From: Lingula anatina | Taxonomy: Eukaryota > Animalia > Brachiopoda | Assembly: GCA_051362555.1 (NCBI GenBank) | Contig: CM120645.1 | Location: 7,626,001 to 7,690,000, forward strand | Length of the DNA: 64,000 bases | Direction of reading: 5' to 3' | Shown: positions 47,942-61,696 of the stretch, piece after piece | Layout of the letters: the number at the start of each line of letters is the position of its first letter | Position numbering within the stretch: position 1 is the stretch's first letter | Made by a program: the position numbers and the translations under genes | Notes under the pieces: generated by a model | What the model saw: the letters and a program-made list of their open reading frames with translations, nothing else | Told to the model about the DNA's origin: nothing | The model's database searches: none

Positions 47942-48312
47942 AGTTACGCTTACTGTTTCCCTGTTTGTTTGATTCTGAGTCAGGTATGGTGTCAACAATG
48001 GTTTTTTATCCATATCTCCTAAACTTAAAATGGATACACCAATCTATAAGCACTCATTATCACCGCGGACAAACATTACCAACATACATCTCTTCCGAGG
48101 TGTTGGAACTCCTTGTTCCGATCAAGCTTAGCAATGGTTTTGCAAAACTGACTGTGTCAAGAAAGACAAACAAATTTATGTGTCGAGTTCTGAGAACATG
48201 GTACTGATCTAAAAAATATTAACTTTAAATTAAAAGACTCGTCTGGCCAATTTTAACAAAGTGAGATGTCATTTTTGACAAAAATAAACTAAAACTACAT
48301 GCTATGCTTGGT

Positions 48313-51109
48313 TCATTCTGATGTCAAGGTAAGTGTCAGATAATCTGACTCTTGAGATTCCTGGGGATTATTACAAGCTTCTTCGTTCACACCACGAGAT
48401 CCACAATCTATATTTAAATTTGATGCTTCGCTCATTGTAACATCGTTGGTAGCATTTCCGATCTCGCTTGATTCCCCTAACGATGTCCCGCTTGACGTTG
48501 TCCTGGAAGATGCAAAAATGTCTGCGTAAAGGTCGTTTGAGATGGAAGTGGGTGACTGCGGAACGTCGTCTGCTCGATATATTATTTGTCTCTGCTTTAC
48601 GTAGCTATAATCCCCACTAAGAAACGCTTCATCGTCTATTGTGTTCCTGTTGCTTATGTACGAATATTCATTAGATCTTGTTGGAACCGTTAATTTTGTA
48701 TGGGGATTATACGTTTCATTTTGTCGCAATGTATTACTATCGCTATATCCATGGTTTTCAAGCTCAGACTTTTTCGTTTGATTGATGCTATTTGCAGGTG
48801 GTTTAGATCTAAAAATGACCCCTGTGCGTTTTTCTAGACTTGTCGAATTAAAAAGTTCAAGATATGCCGGCTCATTCAGTTCACAACCATTGGTGACGTC
48901 ATCAGACGAGACCGTGTCACGTGACGAGTCTCTGACGTAAACAGCGGTTTCTTCCCAATTGTTTTCAGGCTTGTGACACTGGGGATTTTCCTCGCTGTCA
49001 TCGTGATTGACACCAAATATCTGCTTGGCGCAGCTGTAGTTTCCGCTTTGGGTGACCTCCTCACCAACTGTCGTCTGCTCCGGTTCACTCCCCGAGTTAG
49101 TTGGACTGTTTACCCTTTGATGGCCATTGAACTCACTGAGTGTCGTTATACTTGGTACATAGAGTGGGTTATCTTCTAAGAAACCCGAGTAATGATTTGT
49201 TTTGGGGACAGGATCGGAAGGGCGATGAAGAACCTCATAATTCCTGGTAACGGACTCTGGGGCATGATTTTCATAGATGGTGGAGACGGTGTTCACGTTT
49301 CGTGCACTTGTAACAGACTCTGCAGGGTCATCGTAGAGTGGACTCTGAAACAATTAGCAAAATGTTCATTAGGATGAATGGTTTCAGTAAATTAAAACGT
49401 AATAAATAACCATAAAATAATTTTAAAAGGCCTTCTTGCACTAAGCACTTACTTATGACCAAAGCCGACCTACAATGGTCCAGATCGTCAGAAAAAAACA
49501 TGCAACTTTTTTACCCAAGAGTTGAAAACTTAGGCCTACTAACTGCAAATGCCTTGATTACCAGAAGTTTCTGTTCATTAATTGCACTATAAATATCCTG
49601 CAGTCATAGCAATGATCTCTGAGTGCAATCAGCTCTAGTATTGCGTGCTACGTGAACCGTATGCGTCTTAATCCTATTCACAGTTTTTCTAGGAATATAC
49701 GCGAGGGGTCAGTGAAATGGAAATATAGGATTTTGTAAATCATCATAACCAACCTGGGATTCTGTTCTTCTTGATCGGCGGCCTGAACTGGCTCTTCTTT
49801 GAACAGGATTGTGTAGGTGAGTTCTAGAAAACACGGGGATGCTATTTATTTAGAGCATAATTAGATCCTAAATACTTTGGCAGTTTGTCTATGAGAACGT
49901 CATTACAGTAGATGTTATCTTCGTCTACTGTATATATGTAGGTCTACAACATGAAGTTTTAAGCATGGCATTTTAACACTAAACCCCACAAACCGATAGA
50001 AAGGCCCATGAAATGCATAGTTACGACCCAGAGTTTCAGAATTTGCATGGAGCCAAAATGTCTTTAACGTGAAACAGAAAAGATGCTTATGAAAAAGAAT
50101 TTGTCACCAATTGTCTCCAATAAGCCATGAAACTCCAATTAATCCGTTTTATATTTTGTAATTAGTCGTCACACCTTGAAATACAGAACGGTACATCAGA
50201 GCCGCGATGATAGATTATTGTTTTTTGAATCATGACATAAACGGAATATATCTACATTTTTAAAATGAAGTTTGAATGAAGTGTGATAATTTAGCCTTCG
50301 TGAACAATATTTTACACCCACCTTTTCCATATGCACACTGCGACTATGAGTAACGCAACAATAGCAAGGCTGCCTGCAACGCCGCCTCCGATTGCTGCTG
50401 CATTCAAGTTGGGACCTGGTACCTCGTCGTTTTTCTTTCCAGCTGGGGCTGTCGAGATAAAAAAGGGAAGAATGTACCACATTTATTGTTCTAAACACAG
50501 GTCTTCTTTTGACACCCGAGTTTCAGAGCACTGACGGTGGGTCTCTCCTTCCTTGCTCACGTTCCCCATAATCTTTTCAGTTGTTGGGAAACGGTTTGAA
50601 TGAAAGTGGTGAACAGGGGTGGATCCAGGATTATTTGAAGGGGGAGGTCCGCGGATGCGAAGCCGCCCCTTCCACCCCCCCCCCCCTCCCATGGTGTGGG
50701 GTTCGGGGCCTGCTCAAGGACCCCGAAAATTTTTTCTTGTTTTGGAGAGCAAACAGTGCCCTTTGGTGCGGTTTAGAACTATGATTCAGCTAGTCAAAAT
50801 GATGAGATGAGAATATTGGCGTGATATATTTTTCAGAAACCGAAGGGGGGATCAGGATCCCCCTGACCCCCCCTCTAAATCTGCCACTGGTAGTGAGATA
50901 CATATAACTACCAGCGAGCTTTGTGACTGCTTTTTTAAACCGTCTGCATATTTTCGATTTAAAAAAAAAACAGTGAATATTTTAAGATGTTTTGATAGGA
51001 CAAGGGTATTTCATCATAGCCTTAGGCGGCTGGAATCTATTTATCAATACAAAGACAAAATTGTTAGTCCCGCTCTCCTTCCCATTACAACACACACGCG
51101 AGCACGCGG

Positions 51110-51151
<42 letters not shown>

Positions 51152-52767
51152 TTTAAGGGAGCCAAGAGACCATTCTGAGACCAACAGAAACATGACACTT
51201 TTAATTCAATAAATATTGGGAAATATTGGGAAAAAGAATGAACGATGAACAATTAAATTCCCAAAGTCTAACCACTACTTGACACTTGACATTCTGGATC
51301 GAGCAGTGCAAATTATTATGTTACAGGATAACCTACGTGTATTAGTCGTTGTGGGACAGGTTAACCTATTGACATTACTCGAGCTACCTACCAACTTATA
51401 CCACAGTATGAAAATGATTTATCTCAGTCATTGTGGTTTGGAAATGTCGAATGATAACCTTAATGTACCTGTAATGTAGTTACCGTTGTCATGTTAGCAG
51501 ATACTGGAGCTACAATAAAGTTTGGTAGTACAAAATTTGATGATTAAAAAATCACAGGCTTACTTTGCGCCGATTAAAAATAAGAATCAAATTATGATAA
51601 CTGATGAGTCAGTTCTGCTAACACATTTATACATGTGGTTATGGCCAACTGAAAATGTTCTAACGAAAAGAAGCACTTTTTTCAATTTGATAATTGATGA
51701 GACAGTGGCGTGATGGGAGAAAGTTCTTAGCAAGAACTGAACGCATTCACTTAAACAACAACAGTTCACGTTTTCCACGTGTATAATACGTCATAAGTAC
51801 ACTGCAAGTTAAATACTAAACACACAGCCCGTTCTCCATCGGAAAGTGGAAGAAGGTATAAAATGTATTGCACTCACCCGTCGTGACGTCAGCTGGAGCA
51901 AACCCTGACGTCATATCTGTTGTAGACTTTGGTGACAGTGTAGTTTTCACTAGAGGCTTATCTGTTGTCATTGTTGTTGTTGCAGCTTCAGTCACAGACT
52001 GAATGGCAGTTGAAGTCATTTCAATTTTTGACACTGATGTTGTTATTAATGGTGATGCAGTTCTACTAGACGGTCGATTTGTTGTTTTAGTTGGCTTCGA
52101 CGGGCACTTATACACATGTATACAAAATCCGAAAATTTCACAAGACTGTTTGTAAGAGTTAAATAACCCCAAGGTGCACGTTTCTTTCTTCCACTGTCGA
52201 TTAATACACTTGAAGTACGATTTACAATCCCCAATAACTAGGTATTTCCTGCTATCATTGCAGTTTTTTTGTGTGAAGCCACAGGGCCATTCTGCAATAA
52301 AACAAGTAGTAAAATCGTGAAAAGCCAAGGAGACGTACTAGTAGGTCTATATATCATCCACTACACAAACGGTTTGCTTCTATACATGTTTATCTTTTAA
52401 TACCATTTTATATGCATCAGCACACTGTGGATTTAGCAAGGGATGGTTAATATCACCCTTTTAAATACAATGTGAAGGGATCTAACTCGAAGGCCTGCAT
52501 GGCCAAACTTGGGCTGAGAAGGCTTCCATGCTGTGTAAAAGCAAAACTTTTATAACTATAAGTGTTGACGAAAGGTTAAAGACCAGGATTAATGTTTAGG
52601 CAAACGGAACAGTAAATGATAGCTGGCCGTTAAAAAAATTAATATGACATACAATGCTGGAGATGAAACTGAACAGATGAAGTGTTACCTTGGGTTGCCA
52701 TAGTTTTCTCCTGTCCTTTTGTTGTCATTACAAAGACGGACAGCATAACAAAACAAGTCAATTCCAT
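48313..52767 (-). CDS. Paralog A: type I membrane protein (~573 aa) with peritrophin-A/CBM14-like domain, mucin-like stalk, TM and Tyr-rich tail; exons 52689-52767, 51878-52291, 50322-50448, 49754-49823, 48313-49344
   Basis: Signal-like MELTCFVMLSVFVMTTKG, Cys domain CGFTQKNC..GDCKSYFKC..W..TCTLGLFNSYKQSC..C..C, T/S/P-rich stalk, and TM AAAIGGGVAGSLAIVALLIVAVCIW-KR. Intron phases are 1,1,2,0, all GT-AG; total 1722 nt in frame. Confidence 0.85.
50614..50889. mobile_element. hAT-like MITE in paralog A intron
   Basis: TIRs CAGGGGTGGATCCAG / CTAAATCTGCCACTG with a degenerate 8-bp TSD (GTGGTGAA / GTAGTGAG). Its 3' half recurs at ~55600-55769, inside the 1.67-kb transposon. Confidence 0.75.
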
Positions 52768-53917
52768 CCTCTACGTAGACAAAACATTGGAAAGGGGGAC
52801 GCTATATAGACTTTGATTCAACACCTGACTACGTTGCATTGATTGATGCATCGTGAATGTTTACCTTGGTATATGAAGGGCACATGACAGTGACCCTTGG
52901 ATGCCAATATCTCTGCTATTATTTCAACACAAAGGCCTGGTTTATTTAGATGTTTGGTTTACGGACCACGTTTTGGCAAATAAATTATAATTCATAGACA
53001 TGATCACGATCGCAATAGATCAATTTAGATAGCTGTTAAGAGGATTGGATATGTTTTGCCATTGAATCAAATTCATTACCCACGATTGCTATTCATCCTT
53101 AAGATATTTGTTACATGTAATTAATTATAGATTAAAATTGTCGCCTGTGTTGTTTTCAATGAGCTGTCTCTTCAAATGGATACAGTGCGTGACGTAATAA
53201 TCAGTGGTGTCGAAGAAAAACATGCAACCTTAAAGGAAGTGACGATTTAGATTTCTGCTATTATTTAATGGGGCAGCCTGCAACGACAACTTATTCATGA
53301 CAGAAACGACCTCTTATGCATATACTCCTCATATCTGTTCAATGATAGTTTTTTTTATTATTTTCAAATGTGAAATGGCTGGTTTAAAGTTTCGATTTTC
53401 TTCACTGATCCACTTCAGCGCCTGAACTGCTCATCTGACAGTCTATCGAGCGCAACCCTCTTATACTGGGCATGCTCTTACCTACTTTTTTATAAGCATT
53501 TCATGTCTGCAAGTTGTCTGTTTTGGTCATTTTTCCGCCACGCACAGACATCCCGCCCTTTTCAAGAACTCTGCGATTACACTTTGAAAACAAAATGGGT
53601 CCAAAGGTGCTGTGTGCCAAACATTCCCCCCTGCCTGGCCTTACCCGACTACGTGAGAGTGTAATCTCATCCTGGTTCGTGAAGTGGGCATCATTAGTCA
53701 AATAATAATACATGCGAAATTTACACGTATCAGACTTGTGTCAGTGCTGAAGTATGTGTCATACCAGTAGATGGCTAGAACAGTGTCTCTGTGATTTTTT
53801 TTAGAGTACTGGTATTCTTGAAGCACCTGCTAAATGTCCATCTAAATATTTGATGGTCTTCATCAACGGGTTTCATTAGATCTCTGTTTGTCTGTCTGTC
53901 TGTCAGTAATAATGGAT

Positions 53918-53956
<39 letters not shown>

Positions 53957-54340
53957 TGTTTAATTTAGCTTCTGTTAGTTTTTGCACGTTTTTTTTCATT
54001 TACCGGTAGTCATTCATTTTTTAAATTAGTTAATTCACTTATCTACTGGTGATTTATTTGGTAATATATCATGCAGATCCTGTTCACCCTAATGTTCAAA
54101 ATGTTGATTTTCGATTGTTGTAACAAGTGCGCAGTATGAGTGCATGTTTACATAACGGGAGTCCTTTGCACCACATGTGCATGTATTACTCAGGGTAATT
54201 AACATATAATATACTGCCAAGTCTGTACCATTTTATCAGTTACGTTGGTCTGTGTTTACACATACCTTTTAATGTGTCCTGTTACATCAACAAGGATTAA
54301 GCGTGGGCCTACTCGAACATTTTTTGTATATTACTGTTGA

Positions 54341-56008
54341 CAGTGTATGAAATGGCCGCCAGCCCGCCAGCCCGAGGCTGGTAACTTTCAGGCCGGGCGG
54401 GTAAGATTTACAAATTACCCGCCCGACGGGCTGGCTATTTTTACAGCCTATATTTACCTTTTATTTTGTCTATGTTCACAAACGATTTCAGCAAAATATC
54501 AAATCAACTCACTGTTTTCACCCACTTTCATAGAAGCAATTAAAGAACTAACCATAGCTTGCAATCGAACGCTCGTATCAAAAGGTAACCAACAGTCTCC
54601 CTCTCAGTGGCCTCGTTTTCAAAGTTCCGTCTGTGTGATATGAAGTTGAAAGACAAATTGAAACGAGGCACATTGATCTTAACCAGCTTGCACAGCAGAT
54701 AACGTTACATCATTGTTTTGTGTAGAGATACCGCGAGTAGCAATTTGTAGGTTGAGAGTAATAAAAATGTGAAAGTATAAAAAGTTATGATATTGATTAA
54801 ATAGACTTACAGGTACATGAAGTGCTTATAATCAACAGTAATAAAGGCAACGGAGGCAAATTAAAGGAGAATTTTACAAAAAATTTGAATCCCAAAATTA
54901 TGAGTGAACTACCGAGTTTACGCCGTGCATCAGATGTAGTTCTTTTCCCACGTGCTTTCATCTTGGGCTGTCAAAAATGAAAAAAAAATTCTATCAAGTC
55001 AGATAGAGAAGTTCACAAAAGAAAAATAATTGAGGGAAGAAATAAAAATAAGAAAGATTACGACAGAACCAAACGAAAGAGAACAAATTGAGACCCATGG
55101 AAAAGTGACTTCGATTTGCAATGAGTCGAGCGGCAACATTTTTTGTAAAACCGTAACTCAAAAGTATCACGCATTGCGACCGAGCGCAAGCATCTCGATC
55201 CAATAACCCGCCCATACTCGCCCCATATAATATATTGTAGCCTCTGTGTGATATAGCTATTCTCAATAAGCGATGCTTTCGAGGTACGAGGCCCTGCAGG
55301 ACTGTCTATGGGCTTTTAGCGTGCAGGACCGTTCCCGACCGGTTTAAGCGATATTCAAAGGGACCCTACGTGCTGAATTCTTTCTTCTTTATTGTCAGCA
55401 CAGAGATCGATTTATTTGACAAGAATATACAGTATATGTATTTGGTCATACTTGTTGCTATACAGAAAAGCAAAAATTATGATCAAATGATATCACGAAA
55501 TCGGAATAAAAGTTATGAATAAATTATTGAAGGAGAAATGAGACAGCCTGCAAGGTGAACATAAACTGAATTGACTACCCCCCTCCCCCGCCCGCTAAAG
55601 GGCCCTGAAAATTTTTGGTATTTTAGATGGTGAATGGTGGTATGGTTTAGAACTATGATTTAACTAGTGAAAAGTCTTATTTCAAGAGGGGAGTTTTTTT
55701 TTTTTTTTGCAGAAATTGAAAGGGGGGGGGCGTCAGGACCCCCCTGACCCCCCTCTAAATCCAACACTGACAAGGTATCATTCAGTAGAAATTCCAACCA
55801 ATTTCTAAATTTCCACGCATAAGGCATGATATTGCCCTTTCATTTCCAAATTACTCTCCCAAGAATGCATTCTAGACCCCTCAGCATACCTCCTTTAACT
55901 CTAGGGGTTATCATTACTAGGGCAGGTAACTACATGGCTGGGCTGGTAACTTTTCACAGTTACCTGCCCGGCGGTCTGGCTAGTAATTTCCTTGAATTTC
56001 ATACACTG
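54341..56008. mobile_element. Non-autonomous DNA transposon, 1668 bp
   Basis: Perfect 13-bp TIRs (CAGTGTATGAAAT / ATTTCATACACTG), GC-rich subterminal repeats (GGCTGGTAACTTT, TTACC.GCCCG.CGG.CTGGCTA) at both ends, and flanking direct repeat CTGTTGA on both sides. No transposase ORF. Confidence 0.88.
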
Positions 56009-58346
56009 CTGTTGAGAATACTTTTTTTTCAAAAGTTATTCATTTTGTTTGTGTACGTATAGTGGCAAAAAGTTGTGCACAATTAAACTGTTTTTTTTAT
56101 TATAACTCAAAACGGCCGACGACGGTCAACATCGTCTGAAAATACATTAAACATTTTTGACCCGGAATTAAGAGCTTAATGGCTTGATTGCCAGAGAAAT
56201 CTTATTTGAACAGCGCTTTAGATCACCATGTGAAGCGCACTTGGCATGGGTTTTAATCACAGAGCGGTTAATGATTACACATACATGCATCATTTTAAAC
56301 GTATTATATATGATAGTAAATATATGATTCATGTTGCACACGGCGCTGTGCGATATATCAACCCTTTTTTCCGTTGAGGGGCGTGTTGGATTGAATGCCC
56401 TTTGCTACTACAGTGTCCTTAGAGCCCTATGACTTAAAAAAGAGGGGGGGGGCGTGTCATCCGGCCTGTGGTACCAAGCATGTCCAGGTTCTCTAGTGGT
56501 TACAAACTGAGCAAGGCTTCCTCATACCGTGTCTACCAAGTAGGGCCTACATTATTAAAGTATCCATCTCTTTACCGATTTGCCCTTCTTTGCACCCTGT
56601 GTTTAGAGGACCCTGGGACTTTATAGTCAACTCCCTATAACCAGCAAGCCTCTTTGGTTCTAATACTGATGGTAAGGAGACGAGTTTCCACTTGTCCTTT
56701 GAAACTCAGGGTGCTTTGTCGATGATATTGCTGATATCTACTGGTTGGGCAAGTCTGAGCTGATATGAAAAATTATAATACACTGTAGTATAGCAAACGG
56801 GCAACCTAACACCAGAAATAGGTTTAAGTTAAACAATCTAACCAACATTGCCATGTACTTATTTCATCATAATTATTGAGTTGAAATAACTTTGAAATAA
56901 CTTAGCTGCTGTTTATAAAAAGTATGAGTTAAAGACAAGTTAAGAGCATGCTTTTATGCCTAGATTTCCTAACTGCTCTATAAAAATTGACATAAATCGC
57001 CTCAATAAAGGCACATTGTTTTCACCCCACATCCTTACTGGGTATATTTCCTTAATCTCAGCAATTTGAGAAGAAGCTTTCTTAACTGTCGCTGCGGAAA
57101 GGTGTTATTTGACAGCATTTAAGGATAGGTACAAAATGATAGTGTATCCAATATCATACAGGATTGTTGCAGGTAAGGATTTTCATTTTTTAGTGTTTTA
57201 GACAGGTACAGACGTGAGGGGTGTGTGTTGGGGGGGGGGGGGGGGGGTAGGGGTAGGGTTCTACCTGAAAGAAAATAGAGAAATTACTAGGGATGTGAGA
57301 AACTAAAATTCCCCTATCAAACCCTCCCCCCCCCCCCCCCCCACGCGCTTGCCCACCAATCCACTACAGGCACAATGAGATCAGCCGATAAACCTTGTAC
57401 ATTTTCTTTCCTCTTGATTTGCCCTCTTCATGATGCGGATTGTCACGACTAAGTGTTTGGATTGATTATTCATGTGCATGTCGAATGTTTAGGGCTCTCT
57501 TGACCCCAAAAACATACACAATATATAAGGACAAACAGGGGAAAGATAATGTACTAATTGTGATTCAGATTATAGGCAACGGTGTTTGGTATCATTTAAC
57601 TGATAAAAATGTCACGATTTTTATATAAGTCCTGTAAAGTGTGATCAGCATGGAAACCATATGTTGTGATTTTCCTACAGGTGATTAAAAATGCAAGAAG
57701 CGGTAAATCTTAAAGTATAAACCTCAAACGTCTGAGGACGGTACTGACTTAAGTATTATTGTGAACATCAATGCATTTTCATTCTTATAAAGAGCATATT
57801 ACTATTTTAAGGTGATAGTGAAAATTTTGTGCTTGATAATCAAAGTTAGCGAGATAGTGATTATTTATCGTATGCCATTTAACCATAACGAGTGGAACAT
57901 TGTGTGTCATAAAAGTTGGTTAACATCAGCGGCTCATTTCGTTGAAGTACTCCTATTTGAAATTACGTGCCGTTTGGAATACAGGAGAATGCAGAAAATA
58001 ATACCAAAATAAAAGACGCTTAAAAAAAAGAAAGAGATATTAATAAGGCTTTGAAATGCCTGACAGCCACTTGTTAAAATGTAAGTGGAGGTTACACAAG
58101 GATGTCTGTAATATCTGCATTCAATCACTCCATTTATATCGCTGTATACCACCAGTCTCGCTTCCCTTTAAAAGTTTTATATATGTTGCATAGATTGTTT
58201 TCACCTGACACCTTCTTAGAAATTGAGTGTCATACCAATTAGTCATGTTTCTTTATTTACTAGCTGTACATGAAAATATATATATCCACTGTGCCAGGCA
58301 AGATCTGTCTTAAATTACAGTTAGAGTATTATACGGACGATGAATT

Positions 58347-60686
58347 TTATTTCACATCGCTGTAGTATATATCGTGGACATCGGCCGGTGTGGTGTAATA
58401 GTCACTTTCCTCCATTTTTGTCTCGTTTTCATTCTCGTCGCCCACGAGTTTCGTGTATGTATAATCATCTTCGCATGCTGCATACTTAGGCTCGTCGGCC
58501 ATATTGTTGAAAGAAGCATCAGCATCATCATCATCACCAGAGCCATACAGAGAATTTCCTCGCATCAAAACAAATGAATGGTCGTTGTTTTCTGCTTTTC
58601 CATTTGTCGGTTTTGAAACGGTGCTGTACATGTGATCAGTATTTTTATTGTTATCTGTACTATTAACGTGTTCTTTGCATGGTTTCGTATCTTTTGCACT
58701 TTCAGTCTCTTTGGTTTCGTCTGGGAGGTTGTAATAGGCTTCATCTGGGCCCACTGAGTACAGTGAATTGCTAGTCATCGATATTGAAGAATTGTCACTT
58801 TTATTTGAGAGAGAAAGTGTCAATGGAGCTTTCTTTTCAAAGCGATTGGTGTTTTTCGTGTTGTTCAGAACCTGTTCGCCGTTCGGGTAGAGTCCGTCTT
58901 GGCCATGGTGCGTTTGATCATTCTGCAATTAAGATATAACTGTGCCATGTCAAAAAAGTTTGTTTTGGTCAACCGTAAGAGCTGTTTATTGACATATTTT
59001 ACGTTCTTTACTGTGCAGTTACCCATTCGCATAGAATTTGTCTCTTAATTCAAGAATAGCGCAATAAAACATTCTTATGACAAAGTTTCGGTATTTTCAA
59101 AACAAAATGACACTAGCGAATCTTACCGTATTTGATTGGTCTCCCTTTATTGGTTTTCTCTTAAACATGCTGAAAAATGTAGACGAAGAACAAAATAAAC
59201 GTTTAGGTTTAATCGAGCTGGTTATTGATACTTGATAAATGGCAATACATTACACTCAAAACGACTTTTCTGATTCATATTGTATGTACAGCTTATTTAT
59301 TTACGACGTCTTGAACATTCCCTGTATGTAAAAAAACGAAATACTGTTTAAATCAAATGCTTGGGTGTTTATTTTATAAGTGCCTTTACCTTAAGAGCAT
59401 ATCTCTTCTTTTCCACCAAAGCAGCCCTATTATTATGCCAACTAGAACCAGTACCACGGCTACCACAACGCCTGATACAAGGCCAGCATCACTGGAACCG
59501 CCTGTATTGGGCGACGAGTCTGTAAAAATATATGATAATTGTCAGCATTAACAAAAAAACCGTGCAATTTGAATATTTAGGCACTCTTCTGTGTCCTAGT
59601 CAGTGGAATTATAATTTTCGAAGACCGATAAAAAAGATTCGCTCTTGCCATATCAATCATTGTTAAACCAAACTATAGTGTTACCCATACTTTTGGTTCC
59701 AGTGGTCTCCTGACCACTGGGTAAAGTTGTCGCCTGGGTAACCGAGGTGGAAGTAGATATTCTACCTGTTGTGCCTTTTCCTGCATGGCTACTCGTTGAT
59801 ATAGTGATTCCAGTAGTCGCTGTACTGGAAGGTAAAGACGTCACAGACGAAGTGCAATTAGAAGCCTTGCATACCGATGGTGTCGTACCACAACCACCAT
59901 CTAAGATACCGCTACAGTGCCCAAGTTTCCATTTGCCATGCACACAAGTGTAATACTTCGTACAATCAGCTGCTTTTGGAGCAAACGTGCCATCTGGCGA
60001 ACACGTCCCATTTTCATATCCACATGTCAAGGCGTCTAATTGGGAGAAAACAAAACACTGAGTTACATACACAGTGAACGAAACGAAAAATACCATCACC
60101 TGCTAGATAGTTGGCTAAGAAAATGACTAGGAGTAACTGGTGAATGCTTACAGCAAATGCGCAAACATCAACCAAAAAACAAAATTTACTTACTTTTTTT
60201 CATTTTTATATTCCAGTGTAATATCGCCAACTGTATAGTCTAATTTTCTAACCCCTTAGGTAAGCGGACTGAACAATGAACGACGTGTAAGTATAAATAG
60301 ATATCAAATGGCCACAATCTTGGACCCATCGGTCTAAGCTATAATGCAAGCAGTTTCGTTGTAGGCCTGCCACCTGTGGTAGCAATCTGCCAGTAGTAGA
60401 AATTGATTGATGGAAAATTCTGACACATTTGATCGTCTGGGAGATAATTCTGTAAAGGTTTAAACTATTTAAATAACCCCCCCCCCCCCCCCCCCCCAGA
60501 CATAGACACCATAGACATAATACGCATAAGATAAGCTCGCAATAGCATAGTATGCTTTGGGAAGTTATAATACCAAAACGCTTGGCAAAGCTTATACCTA
60601 CCTATGCCGGCAATATGGAAGCTTGTTACCCAGCCCAGCGTAACAATGAGGTTACTAAAAATACATCTCGTTCCACCCGTCCCCAT
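58347..60686 (-). CDS. Paralog B: type I membrane protein (~394 aa), same architecture; exons 60602-60686, 59685-60035, 59390-59519, 59127-59169, 58347-58922
   Basis: Cys domain CGYENGTC..ADCTKYYTCVHGKW..HC..C..C..C, T/S stalk, TM GLVSGVVVAVVLVLVGIIIGLLWW-KRR and a Tyr-rich tail. Same phase pattern 1,1,2,0; 1185 nt in frame. The first exon (MGTGGTRCIFSNLIVTLGWVTSFHIAGI) is the least certain. Confidence 0.82.
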
Positions 60687-61627
60687 CCTGTCCTGTTTTC
60701 TACCTAGTCCCCTGGTCACAATTAAGTATGTCACAACAATATATGTGTATTAACGTCAGGGAAATCCGGCGAGAATTACATCGTCACCTCTTCAACTCCC
60801 GGAGTCAGACAGAAGAATGTGTGTAAATACGACACTCCATTTTCGATTTTGACAGGTGCATGAATCGCGTCCTAATTTATGCCAACACCTGGTTTGTTTG
60901 CTGCTCTACCAGGAAGTAAATCAGAGGTCACGTTGAGGTCCGGGGTAAGTGACAATAAATATTTTGTCACATGTTTTCGATAAAGTGTAGGAAGAAAATG
61001 ATAAACAGAAAGCATTAGTCAGTGCAATACCTGGTATATGTGTATTGTAGAGGGGATTTTCAGTAGAATTTTTCTGCTGAAATACGGCGGTATAATTTTC
61101 CCATTAAAATTCAGCCTAGATAGTGAATGGGCTTTAAATAGCACAGACAGAATTTCCCGCTGTTCGAGTCACCATTATGCAGTGTTTACAGTTGTAGGGG
61201 TTACTGAAGTTATCTTTCTTATTATATACCTTTAAGCGAAAGGTTATGAAAATTTTATTTATTTATTTATTTATTTATTTTGTGAATGCAAAAAATGAGC
61301 TCATCATATTTGGTTAAAATCGTCATGTGTGAAATGCATTTCAAGGAACAAAAATTTGGATTTCAACCTGTCAAAACAATTTTTTACTGGAAATTTCCAC
61401 ATCCTTCCCTTTATCACCTAATTATGCTTAATCCACAACCGTTTACAGATTTACGACCCATAACCCCTTTTGTCTCTTCCGTGTTTATAGCTTTTGATTC
61501 ACTCTCGTAATGGAAGTTGAATGAAGAAATGTACTCGTGACGGTAAAATTATAATTCCAGAGTCGTAGTTGGTTCATAGAAAAATAATTTTCTCAGCGGA
61601 TTTGAATAGGGTATACATTGCTGATAA

Positions 61628-61643
61628 ATCATCATCATCATCA

Positions 61644-61695
<52 letters not shown>
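61628..61695. repeat. (ATC)n(ATT)n trinucleotide microsatellite
   Basis: Directly visible. Confidence 0.95.

Positions 61696-61696
<1 letters not shown>

Noticed and set aside
51484-51509. Small extra stalk exon (APVSANMTT) in paralog A
   Set aside because: It ends in phase 0 whereas the TM exon needs phase 1, and I found no compensating exon.
56560-56760. Coding-looking GC-balanced patch between paralogs A and B
   Set aside because: No sustained ORF, splice frame or recognisable similarity to the paralogs, so it cannot be supported as a pseudogene.
60788-60861. Alternative first coding exon for paralog B
   Set aside because: The ATG frame stops before the donor and is not hydrophobic. At best a 5' UTR exon or uORF.
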